A stretch of DNA of 63,756 nt, counting the filler, from Collodictyon triciliatum (lineage: Eukaryota), in assembly GCA_043381765.1 (NCBI GenBank). It is 22 parts of 22 records of this genome, joined end to end, with 100 filler letters (N's around TTAATTAATTAA, not from the genome) between each part and the next. Parts side by side here need not be neighbours in the genome. Positions count along the whole stretch, not along the records: positions 23,248 to 26,050 come from JBHJMP010008270.1; positions 26,151 to 28,953 come from JBHJMP010008271.1; positions 29,054 to 31,855 come from JBHJMP010008272.1; positions 31,956 to 34,757 come from JBHJMP010008273.1; positions 34,858 to 37,659 come from JBHJMP010008274.1; 17 more parts are not named here. One strand, given 5' to 3'. The position numbers and the translations under genes are program-made. Below the pieces are notes generated by a model, which saw only the letters and a list, made by a program, of their open reading frames with translations, ran no database searches and was not told where the DNA came from. Positions 24,033-37,759 of the stretch are shown piece by piece; position 1 is the first letter of the stretch; each line of letters opens with the position of its first letter.

Positions 24033-25960
24033 ATGGGTCAGTACGATTGGGTGGTTGGAGTTGCTCTGAATTTGGTCGGATCTGTGATGATCAACCTCGG
24101 GACAAACTTGATGAAGCTTTCACACAACATCGACGCTAAAATGGATGCTGTGACTCGGAAGTCGAATACCAGGAATCCTCGCTGGCTTGGAGGTATTTGA
24201 CTCCTGAACTAATTACATTAAGGATGTGTTTCATTATGTTGGGAGAAATGTTTTGCCATAGGTTTTTTTATATTTTTGAGAGGAGAGAAAAAAACAGAAA
24301 TGGAAATGTGATTTAATATTGATTTTATGATCATATAAAAATAGCAATGATGGTCTTTGTGGTTGGGAACATTCTTAATTTCTCATCGTTCGGATTTGCT
24401 TCCCAATCCATGCTCGCTGCGATGGGCTCTGTCCAGTTTATCAGCAACGTTGTTTTCGGCCACTACATACTAAAGGAGCCTTTGACGAAACGTGTGATGA
24501 TAGCAACAGGACTAATTCTGGTCGGAAATATGTTTTGTGTCTCTTTTGCAGCACATGGAACTGTTTGTGAGGGATCTTATTTCAATTATTATTCTTATTC
24601 TTATTTAAAAGGAAGGAAGGGATAATGATAAAGAATCATATCATGCGCATTTTTTTTTGATATTTTTAGAAAATACAAAAAAATTATGAACTTGATAGCA
24701 TGACTAAATTTTGATTCCTCAACTTACTCTACAAATCGAAAGCACCCGATGCTGAAGAATTGATGAGCTATTTTATTCGGACACCCTTTGTGGTTTACAT
24801 ATGCTTTGTGGTATCCTCTGTGATAGGATTCTCATACCTTTACCGGGAGGAAGAAAAAAAGAATAGAGAAAAAGCATCAAACATTGGTCACCTATTGCCA
24901 TTTTACTACGCCGCACCGTCAGGAATAGGCTGTTCATTAGGGGTCTTGTGTGCCAAATCAATGTAAATCAATTTATATTATAATGTTTTGTTGATAGATC
25001 AAGCCAACATGCTATATAATCATATTTCCAAAACAAACAAACAAACACACAAACAAACAAACAAACAAACAAACAAACAAAAAACAGTTCGATCCTGCTG
25101 CGTTTATCATTTGAAGGGCAAAATCAACTGAAGAATCCATTCACGTATGCGATTATTATAGCTCTCGTTGTTTTGATTGTGACATGGGTAAGTCATCAAT
25201 AACTTTCATTCCTTAGAAAATATATGCATCACACTTTTTCTTAATATCTTCCGTGGGTTTATACTTTTTTTATTCTTTTTTATTTTATATATTTATATAC
25301 GGGCACCAGAACTGACATTTGACAATACACATGTAAAGATGAAAAGATTGAATCTCGGGCTCCAAAAATTTGATGCTTTGCTCATTATTCCAATGCTTCA
25401 AGTCTTTTGGACTACATTTTCAATCATATCTGGAGGTTATAATAACAATATATGAGGAACTGTGTAAGATGTTCTCTCAGCTAAACAGTTGTATATCAAT
25501 AAAGGTATTTTCTTTGATGAGTTTTCCAAGATGAAGGCATACGAGTCTTTTTTGTTCTTCCTGGGTGTTGTCATTGTCATGACTGGTGTTTTTTCCTTGG
25601 CACCCAGGCCTGATACTCAAGGTTCCAAAGGTGAAATCAATCACGAACGTATATTTATAACTATCCCATCATGAATCTAACTATATGTCGGAGCCATACC
25701 TAACTATGTGGTTGTTGTTTTTCTTCCCGGAAATATGCTAGATGGAATCGGGCTTTTAGAGGGGAACATAAAGAAAAAGTAAGGATCAAAACGATACGTA
25801 TTCAGACGGAATCCACACCTATTCTACAAACAAACTGTATTCTACTTTACTTCATGTTGCATTATTTTATTATTTTACATACATTTTTATATATTTTTGT
25901 AGAATTCGCTCTCAAAGTTCTTCATCATCAATCGGAGCTGAATTTAGGGTTTGAATCATA
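24033..25960 (+). CDS. NIPA-family magnesium transporter, multi-exon
   Basis: GVALNLVGSVMINLGTNLMKLSH; GNILNFSSFGFASQSMLAAMGSVQFISNVVFGHYILKE; LNLGLQKFDALLIIPMLQVFWTTFSIISGGIFFDEF. The 3' end is approximate. Confidence 0.9.
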
Positions 25961-26547
25961 ACGTAGTATCCCATATATTTCGTTTGATATTCAAAAACCA
26001 TCGTTGATATAAATATGAAATGTAGCTCAATTACCCTTCGAGAGCCAGCANNNNNNNNNNNNNNNNNNNNNNNNNNNNNNNNNNNNNNNNNNNNTTAATT
26101 AATTAANNNNNNNNNNNNNNNNNNNNNNNNNNNNNNNNNNNNNNNNNNNNAAACTAATAAACTAATAAACTAATAAACTAATAAACTAATAAACTAATAA
26201 ACTAATAAACTAATAAACTAATAAACTAATAAACTAATAAACTAATAAAATAATAAAATAATAAAATAATAAAATAATAAAATAATAAAATAATAAAATA
26301 ATAAACTAATAAAATAATAAACTAATAAACTAATAAACTAATAAAATAATAAAATAATAAAATAATAAAATAATAAAATAATAAAATAATAAAATAATAA
26401 AACTAATAAAAAATAATGAAAGAATAAAATAATAAAATGATACTAAAGTGATAGTGAAACAGTAATGAAATAACGATAAAATGATAATTTTCTACATACC
26501 ACATAAACAGAAAAACAGCCTCTTATCAATTTTAAATATTTAATTAG

Positions 26548-28735
<2,188 letters not shown>

Positions 28736-30264
28736 TCTGTTTTACACGAATTACTTATTTTATAATAGGATTAATTCTTTTCTTATTTACTTTTTCTCTA
28801 ATGATTGGTGATTTTAAAAACAAAATATTTATGTAGGAATAAAATTATATAACAAAAAGAAAAAGAAAAAGAAAAAGAAAAAGAAAAAGAAAAAGAAAAA
28901 GAAAAAGAAAAAGAAAAAGAAAAAGAAAAAGAAAAAGAAAAAGAAAAAGAAAANNNNNNNNNNNNNNNNNNNNNNNNNNNNNNNNNNNNNNNNNNNNTTA
29001 ATTAATTAANNNNNNNNNNNNNNNNNNNNNNNNNNNNNNNNNNNNNNNNNNNNAAGCTGTCACCCGGCCTCAGGCTTAGTCCTTAAGCTCAAAATCACCC
29101 GGCACCAACAACAGCCCGGGACTCTGGCTTTAGGCTTGCTGTGGTTGCTACATTTTGCTACAGTCAGCTATAGAATTGTGGAATTTATAATATAAATAAA
29201 TTAAAAAATTAATTGAATTATTTGACTTTTGAAATAATATTAAATTTGTTTTTAATCGTTCTATATTATATATATATATGTTAATGTCTACAAGACCCAT
29301 CATCCACTGCCATGGATGATCAAATGCCGTCGATTTCCGTTACGTGTCCCAAAGAAGAAGTCGTTATTTCCACCCGCCCGGATAATCGCCTGTCTTCCGC
29401 TTTCCTTTGCCATAGAGTGCTTCACAGCGAGTTGAATGGGCTTTTGCATTCTGATCCTCTGTGCGTTAAGTGGTAGAACCGCAGATTCCGAAAAGAAACA
29501 AAGAAACAAAGAAACAAAGAAACAAAGTAACAAAGTAACAAAGTAACAAAGAAACAAAGAAACAAGGTCAAGAATGTCAGAGTGGTTTTTTTGCTGTGGG
29601 GGGTTTTTTTTTTTTGCTTGGGAAATGTTCGTTAGCAAAGTTACGCCTGACCCATGGCTGAAGTAGTATGCTACAGGAGTTATTGTCGCAAGACGGAAAT
29701 ATTGCACTCAATGAGTTCTTTTTCTTTTTAGTATCGTCGTTAAGATTATGATAATTGGTATTATTATGATTGTTGCCCTGTCGAGGCCTTGTTTCTTTTC
29801 CTCTTTCCTTCCCTAGCCTATTGTTTTATTTTTCCGCCTTGAGCGAAGTAAACCCCGTCGCTGCACTCAACATACTTGAGAACCTTCTCCTTGGTATATA
29901 TATACATGTACTAGAAGACAAACCCTCCTCAAGTTACTCATCAGCTGAAAATGCAGTGTGGTTTTGTTGCTTCACAAAAGCTTCACTAGCACTGATACCC
30001 TTCCTATTTTTGTGGATTTCCTTATCACTTAGAATCATACGTAGCCGATTACTTGAGCAAGAAAGGTTTGGAATCAGCGAAGGGCTTCGATCACACGTAT
30101 TGCAACTACATTATGACTATTTAGGAGAAGAAAAAAAAAGCACATTCCCTAGAAAAAATATCGTAGGTTTATACAGTACAACCCCGAATATTCCATAAAA
30201 CTACATACTTTTTTCTTTTCTTTACGTAGCCCGTACAAAAATAACAAAGAGTTCAAAGTCAATA

Positions 30265-30458
30265 ATGGAGGACCACCCGTCGCCTCAAAACTCCAAGCAG
30301 CCATCCCCAGAGAGTGGAAGGAAAGTTCTTAGTCCGGTCCTCAACTTCGGGGCATACTTGAATCCCACCTTCCGCCGAAGACTTCCGCCCAAACACATAC
30401 AAAAGTAACCTTCTCAATCATCTTCATGACAAGTTAATAGCTCAAGTATGGAGCCGCA

Positions 30459-30538
<80 letters not shown>

Positions 30539-31195
30539 TATCTGCGAACTAGTCGAAAGGATCAAACCTTCAGCTATTGTGGAAATATTAAGCATACATC
30601 CCGAGTCTATTTCCTGAATAATTAAATTAAGAACAAACTATGACAGATAACTGATGCTATTACTTTCTTGTCACACAGAGAAGCATTTGCACAAAGAGAA
30701 AGACGATTCCGAATTTCAGTTGGTACCGGCGTTGATACGGCAATACCTGCATATGACTCTCTATTTGATAGGCACATGAAAGGATACTTCAGCAAACCTG
30801 TCGTTCGAAAGACACTGGTTCAGAACGGAGTGGTTAGTATTTCTTTTTCTTATTTCATCGTAGTTAGTCTAATAATCTCATTATCACCAGAAGATGAATA
30901 ATAGTTTCGTGGACGTAGGTGAACAAAAGAAAAAGATATGAAGCCCCTCGACTTACTCATTTTGTTAATCATCTGTTAGATTGGAAAGAATGGAATGGTT
31001 GTGTTAACTCCACAGGCTCCTCATAAAGCTATACCGCTGGAAATGACGGTGATGAGCGACCGCACAAAAACCTCCAGAAGTTTGCCGGAGGTACATGTCC
31101 TTTACTCAGAGCACATACATATCGGACTTATTTATCCTTCCCTTTTCATTTCCCTGAGAGTATTATTGGGTCACTACTCATTGAATACTGAATTT

Positions 31196-31242
<47 letters not shown>

Positions 31243-31855
31243 TATTATTATTTTTTTAGGTAATTCCAACAAACCAAACAAACCAACCTCGCCGAAAAGA
31301 GGTATTGAGTTGTGGACATAATTATACTTTTCAATACACCATGATAATGGGATTCCCCAGTTTATTCTATCCACATGTACCATGATAACCTATTAACTAA
31401 TATTGCTCTAAAGCCCCAGCCCGGAGATCCGTTTTATAGGAAGAAGCTTCCGCAAACAAAGGTTTCACTTAAAATTTGGCCGTTAATGCGTCCCAAAATA
31501 AAAAAAGTTTTAAGAATATGTTGTATTAGCCCACTTTTTTTTTTACATAAACGAAATTACATATCAGGCAGCCAAGCCTTACCCGAGTAAATCTGAAAAA
31601 TCACCTCCAAAGCAACCATTGAGACCTATAGAGTCAGATGTATATGTCATTAAATGGGAATAATCATGAATTGATTCGTCTATATATATGTAAAATTAAA
31701 ATAATTTATATCTTAAGTTGCCTTCTGCTACTATAGCAATCTCAAGAACCATCCAAGAAAGAACCGAAAAAACAGGAAGCACCCAAAGCCAAAGAGGACA
31801 CCAGAGACCCGTTATTCGAGAAAGTAAACGAAATCAAAACAGAAGCGAAGGAAGA
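30265..31855 (+). CDS. ERICH3/FSIP2-like ciliary protein, N-terminal exons
   Basis: IPAYDSLFDRHMKGYFSKPVVRKTLVQNGV|IGKNG resembles the YNSL.D.HL..YF....R..L...GLI...G motif at the N-terminus of ERICH3-type proteins. Confidence 0.55.
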
Positions 31856-32027
31856 NNNNNNNNNNNNNNNNNNNNNNNNNNNNNNNNNNNNNNNNNNNNT
31901 TAATTAATTAANNNNNNNNNNNNNNNNNNNNNNNNNNNNNNNNNNNNNNNNNNNNGATAGGAAGCACAGAAAAAGCAAATGGGCAGAAGAAAATAGAGCA
32001 AGCAGGGCGAGGAGGAGAGCAAAAGAG

Positions 32028-32101
32028 TGGTTTTGCCCAGGATCGAACTGAGGAACTCCCGCATGTCAAGCGGATGTGATAGCCAACTACACCACAAAAC
32101 C
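32028..32101 (-). tRNA. tRNA-Val(GAC)
   Basis: Reverse complement folds as a cloverleaf: acceptor GGTTTTG/CAAAACC+A, D-arm GTG-TAGTTGGCTAT-CAC, anticodon stem TCCGC/GCGGG with loop TT-GAC-AT, T-arm CTCAG-TTCGATC-CTGGG. A TTTT terminator follows. Confidence 0.92.
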
Positions 32102-33260
32102 CCTTAATGGGAGTGATCTTAAACTTATTAAATATACACTAATGTGATTCTTTAATCATTTGTGTTCCCCTCTGAGGTTTCTTATCTTAACGTTCAGGAA
32201 AAGATGCCTTGTTGGGGGTTGTGAATCTTATTCGCTTCAAGGCTCTTCTCTTTGTTAAATAATTTGACTACAACAAAAGGAAAGGCGTCTTAAATTTCCA
32301 CCGATTTATAGATTTTAGTTTTGGTCTCATTATTTTTCATTATTGTCACAGTTGCTGTTTTCAATACAATCTAGAGTCATATTGAATAATGTTTTCTATT
32401 TTCCATTAATCATTTTTCTTTTATTTTGCCTATAGGCTTCGTATAGACCTATTTCAAGATGAATATTAACATCAAAATCTCGAAGAACACCCAACTCCTT
32501 TTTCTTGGTTCTGTGCAAATCGCTAGGTCATTGAATCTGAGCAGATTTTTATCGGGAAATCCTTAATTTGATTTTGTTTTTCTCATATTGCCAAATTTAT
32601 CAGTTTTCAGACTCCTTTTTTTCCTTCAAATCTGCTATAGTCTATTTATTTTCCGCATGTATTGGGTTTGGATTGCATAACTTCATAATCAGTATTTTGT
32701 GTGCTTCCAAACCAGAAAGCAGGCGTTCTGAAAGACTTTTTCGCTCAATCGATTGTTTTGCACCTCCTTTAATTAGGCTGATTGATGGCGGTTCGTATAG
32801 TGGAAATTTAAGGCGACATCATCAGTGAGCATATATTTCTTCCTCAAAAACTGAAGTCTCGAACATTCCTAATCTTTATCATTCAAGAAAATCGGCTCAG
32901 ATAAGAAAACACATTGCCCGCAGATAAACTTATAAAATTGAAACATATTCAACGTATCATTTCCGATTTACGAGTTATGATAAGATTTCATTTTTTTTTT
33001 TATTCTTCCTTTCAATTTTGTGCAGGATGGTGAAGATGTTGGCCATGATATGATTTCATATAAATGTTTCAGCTTTAGTAATAATGACGTCAATTGAAGT
33101 CAATATCATAAGTGTGGACAAAATGGATCAATATTTTTCAAAACCAGAAGAACCTATATTGCATTTTCATGACATGTGATGATATATATGAACTGTTATG
33201 CAATACTAACAGATTTTATCATATTTTTCCCTTTGAATCGAAAAGAAAAAAATCATATTT

Positions 33261-34757
33261 TTCCTTTATTCGATTCAAAGTGCAGCGAGGTTATGCCATA
33301 CAAAGGGGCGAGATAGGTGCACGTGATAAAGAGCAAACGCGTGTAAGAGAAGACACTACTGTGAAGAAGTTATCGCTGGAAAGAAATCATTGATAGCGAG
33401 TTGGTCAGGTGGGCGTCCCAACTGGTTGATTGGTTGCGTGGGTAGCAGGGGTTGGATAATTGTGGGAGATATCGCACGACACATTCTCACATCTCTCTTT
33501 GCTTGCGGTCAGAGTAGCGAAGAATGCGGGCGTCTTTCAGCAGGCTGTTCAGGAAGCTGTATTGCACGAGGCTCTCAAGCCTGGATACATTGATTTCTCG
33601 TTCAGGTGAATTACTAGAGCGAGAGAATGCACGCACACTCCATAAGGACCACAGCATATGTCCCCTTGTGACTGTCCAGAGTATTCTAGAGTAGTGGGTC
33701 ATTTGGTATTGTGGGCCAAACAGTATGCCTGACGCGCTGAGACGGTTGGGAGCATAATCAAGCTCAGAGAGCATCTTGTGGGTAGCCTCTGTCACTTTTT
33801 GAGCCAGGGAGCACTTCACAAATGCGTGTTCGATAGAGTTATCTCCACTATGGCACATGGTGCATTCTGGAGAGGTCGTTGCTGCATGAACTACGCGCGT
33901 ACCTATCCACAGCTCTCTGTTGGAGATATTGAGAAGTAGGGCGCGGTGCTTCGGGAGTAGCTGAGGTATACGGGCTTGCTTCCAGCTTTTGACTATCGGC
34001 GGGTCTATAATGTCTATAGTTTCGGCCCAACGACTCATCTTCTCCGGTTTGTAGGGATTCGGACTGATGATTTTGTATCGAAACAGCTTGAAATACGCCA
34101 TGGCCATCGATAATTGCGGAGATTCAGGTGTAATGGACCGCCTTTGGCTCTTCAGGCGAAAGAAAAATGGCGACGGCGTTCCGTATGAGATGGGACGAAG
34201 TGAGCGCCATTCTCCTTTGTTGTTCAGGACGGCTGTGGTTGGGGTTGCATTCGAGGAGTGAAATGTCGTTGCATTTTTCGGCGGTGCGAAGCTCCCATAC
34301 TTTTGGAAAGTGACTTGTTGCAGGATGAAAGAGCTGTTTCCTTCTCTCGACTTGATGATACAGAAGCCTTTTACTCTATCCCAGCAAAGTTGGCATCGTA
34401 CCCGCATGTAGTTGGGTAGACTCGCACATTTCACAGTTTTCATACAGAACCTTCCACCGCGTTAGTAGCGGCTCGGGCGTGTTTGGTGGTGGTGATGGGA
34501 TTATGCTCTCACAGAGATGTGCTTTGAAGTTCGGGCATAAGCTGTGGATAAGATGCCACATTCCACGCTGCCAGAATCCTTTCGGATGGGTAAGCATATC
34601 TGTCCACCATCTCACGTGAGCGATGTCCATGCAATACAGGCGTTATGAGTCCCAGTCCTCCCTCCGTAGGTGGCTTAGAGAGCGTCTTGATTTTATATTT
34701 TTGATTATTCGTAGTGATGAAGTTGCGGCAGATGTCTTCCAGCTCCTTCAGCCTTTG
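33261..34757 (-). mobile_element. L1/Tx1-clade non-LTR retrotransposon, 3' half of ORF2 (frameshifted) plus 3' UTR
   Basis: Post-RT motif ELEDICRNFI...TLSKPPTEGGLGLI at the contig end. Zinc finger (zf-RVT-like) CTMCHSGDNSIEHAFVKCSLAQKV, then LWSLWSVR. Frame changes near 34640 and 34440. The 3' UTR ends in GAATAAAGGAAAAA. Confidence 0.88.
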
Positions 34758-35039
34758 NNNNNNNNNNNNNNNNNNNNNNNNNNNNNNNNNNNNNNNNNNN
34801 NTTAATTAATTAANNNNNNNNNNNNNNNNNNNNNNNNNNNNNNNNNNNNNNNNNNNNAATAAAAGAATGAATAAAAGAATGAATAAAAGAATGAATAAAA
34901 GAATGAATAAAAGAATGAATAAAAGAATGAATAAAAGAATGAATAAAAGAATGAATAAAAGAATGAATAAAAGAATGGATAAAAGAATGAATAAAAGAAT
35001 GAATAAAAGAATGGATAAAAGAAAGAAGCAAAAGCTAAA

Positions 35040-37659
35040 ACGTTCAGACACAGTGGGATGGTGTTAGGGGCCACCTGCTTAATGTCAGACTCATCTTTCA
35101 AGTCTCTTTTTCTAAAAATATTGTTCACGGATCAGCGCGGGTGCCGCGACTTGGCGCTGGATGCCCTCCACAAACGTAGTTTCCTGGGCACTCGTATGAT
35201 TCTTGAAGCTTCCCAAAACTTGGAACCGAAGCGCTTGGTTTGCCATTCTCGAAGTTTGCTTTTCATCAGACACAAAAGAGCTCTCTTATTGATATCCTTT
35301 TTATGTCGGAAAAGCGGGAAAAAAATGTTTCGATTTCCCTGACGATCACCCCAAATAAGGCTAGTATTTGCCCGAATCCTAGCGTCTTAAAACACAATAA
35401 AACAATTGAAAAAAATGGCGCCAGTCGGCCTCGTGCAGGGTCGAGCTTGCATCGGGAAACAGAACCTCCCGATCGATCTTTTGTTGCTGACATACCACTT
35501 ATCGATAAAAGTGCGTTTGAGAACGAACTCTTCAAAGACGACGACTGCTTTATTCGCCTTCGGGGCAAGCGAAGGCCGGTTCTCTCTTTCGTAAACCGTA
35601 GTAATATGAGCAAGCAACTACGTGCTGTAATAGAAGCCCAAAAGTGCTATGAAAAGGACGTGACACTCATGGTGGAAAACCCTGCCTTCGGACTCTGGAT
35701 TGCCCTCCCAAGAAAAGAAAACGCAGCTGCCTTCATTAAGGAGGGGTCGTTTAAGCTCCTCAATCACCAATACACTCCCATGCCAGTAAAAACTGTCACA
35801 AAGGTTGTGCACCTGTCTAACATACCGCTGGGGGTCAGCTGGACTGATATTTTAAGGCCTGCAATGAATACTTTATCCCAATCAAAGTCAACTGGACAAA
35901 ACCTGGAGGAATATGCATGAATGATGCACTCGTTACTTTTGACTAAGAACAGGAAGAATTGGGGAAAATACCTACCTTTGTCGTCATTCATGGCAGACGC
36001 TGTCGCGTGGAGATACGCGCCCTCAAAGAGTCTGACATCCCATCAACTCTCCCCAACAAAGAAGGGCATGACATACAAGTTCAAACCACAAACCACAAAA
36101 AAAAAACAGCTACTGCCAAGCCGATGCCCACCAACAAACAAGCGGCCACCAACAAACAAAACACCATCACTCGCTTCTCGGGCTTCCACACAAAAGTAGC
36201 CGACTTCAGCGCTAAAGACTGGCCAACCGTGCGGGAATCGTCTGTGCAAAATGAGCCCAGAGCCCACAAACAAGGCCAGAGGCAAGGCGTTTCGTCCTCT
36301 AATGCCAGAGGGAGAAATCCTGACAAGACATCGCGGATGAAGTGCTCGAAGTCTCAATCAAGACAAAGGTTCAAGAGCGGCCCCAAAATCAAGAAATGGA
36401 TATCGAAATAATGGACGAAACACCAGGCGATTTTCCCGAAAGTGCATCAAGTTCGCCATTGAACACAGAGGAAGCAATATCAATAATGAAATAGCTTCAA
36501 AGTGGAGGAAACATAGCTAGCCTCCAAGATTTCCAACCTCCTCAAACCGATGATATCTCACCAAACTCTCCTTTAAATCATGAAGAGGATGCTGAGGAAA
36601 GGGAAACCCAAGCCAACTCGGTAACAGAATCGGGAAGCAGCATAATGGCACCCAGCAAACCACACCCGCCTACCTGCTTAGAGGTCATGGCTCCTGGGAC
36701 CACTCAAGAGACTCTTTCTTCAGCAAGTACTGCGCAATCCATAACAAACAACGTCCCAGACTCGGGATTGTGAGAACAACAGTCCATCCAACCTGTCGTC
36801 ATCATAGAAGGTTCTGCTGAAGAAGACAGTGAGCACCTTGAAGCTTCGGGATCGACAAACTACTCCTCAAGTACTGTTTATGGGAGCAGACCTGCTGTCG
36901 AAACTCTTGCGACTCCCCAGTGGGAAACACTTTCCAATCCAAGAAAAAGAAACGTAGAAGATTATAAAACACCGGTTACTCATCCTGAAATCACTGGTGC
37001 CCCAAAAAATATCGAAACCGTCGAAGATAAAGCCTCGCCCGAGGAAAAGAGAATGAATCAGTCAAGTACACCACCGAATATTGCGAGCCAGAAAGAAAAT
37101 CAAAATGAAAGTAGAAACATGGGTGGCCCTGTCTACCGTGTGGATGAGAGAGGGAAATTGGAACCGAGGGTTGCTAGTGACCGACAGAGTGCATCTCCCA
37201 ACACACCAGCTACAAAGGGGCTGCAGTCAAAAGCCCAAGACCATCCGACAAATCCTGGCCGAACCGCGAGCAATTATGACACCGGCCAAATGAACGATAA
37301 CTCGAGTAAACCATCCCACTCTGAGCAACCCAGCTCCAGCGGAGAGGGCCAATCACCGGAGGCTATGGCCTCCAAAAGCCAATAGATTATTCATGCGTTT
37401 TAACGTTCTGTCGTGGAGCGTTAGGGTGATTAACGACCCCCAAAAAAGAAAAGAGGCTCTAAACACTGCTCTTTTCTCTCATGCAGATATCATCTGCCTC
37501 CAAGAAACATGGCTCAGCCCTGACAATCTAACAAATAATGAAATATGGAAAGGTCCACAAATGTGGTCCTGTGACGATAATCAACAGAGATACTCAGGTG
37601 TAGCGTTTTTATGCAAGAAATGGATAGCCAAACTCAATCCTCGCTTCAGAGAGATTATT
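35040..37659 (+). mobile_element. L1/Tx1-clade non-LTR retrotransposon, 5' part: disrupted ORF1 plus start of ORF2 (APE endonuclease)
   Basis: ORF1 pieces include VVHLSNIPLGVSWTDIL and IPTFVVIHGRRCRVEI (Tx1-type RRM region) followed by a long S/P/E-rich tail with stops and frameshifts. ORF2 starts at 37393, MRFNVLSWSVRVIND..KR...ADIICLQETWL...SGVAFL, 7 nt after the ORF1 stop. The 5' boundary is approximate. Confidence 0.85.
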
Positions 37660-37759
37660 NNNNNNNNNNNNNNNNNNNNNNNNNNNNNNNNNNNNNNNNN
37701 NNNTTAATTAATTAANNNNNNNNNNNNNNNNNNNNNNNNNNNNNNNNNNNNNNNNNNNN

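Noticed and set aside
32786-32830. GGCGGTTCGTATAGTGG resembling a tRNA 5' end / A-box
   Set aside because: No anticodon arm, T-arm or matching acceptor strand follows.
32101-33261. tRNA-gene-targeted LINE insertion (Dictyostelium TRE-like)
   Set aside because: The LINE end is over 1.1 kb from the tRNA, and the other tail copies have no visible tRNA nearby.
33261-37659. Apparent head-to-head pair of LINE halves forming one composite element
   Set aside because: They lie on different contigs separated by the artificial spacer at 34758-34857, so the adjacency is accidental.
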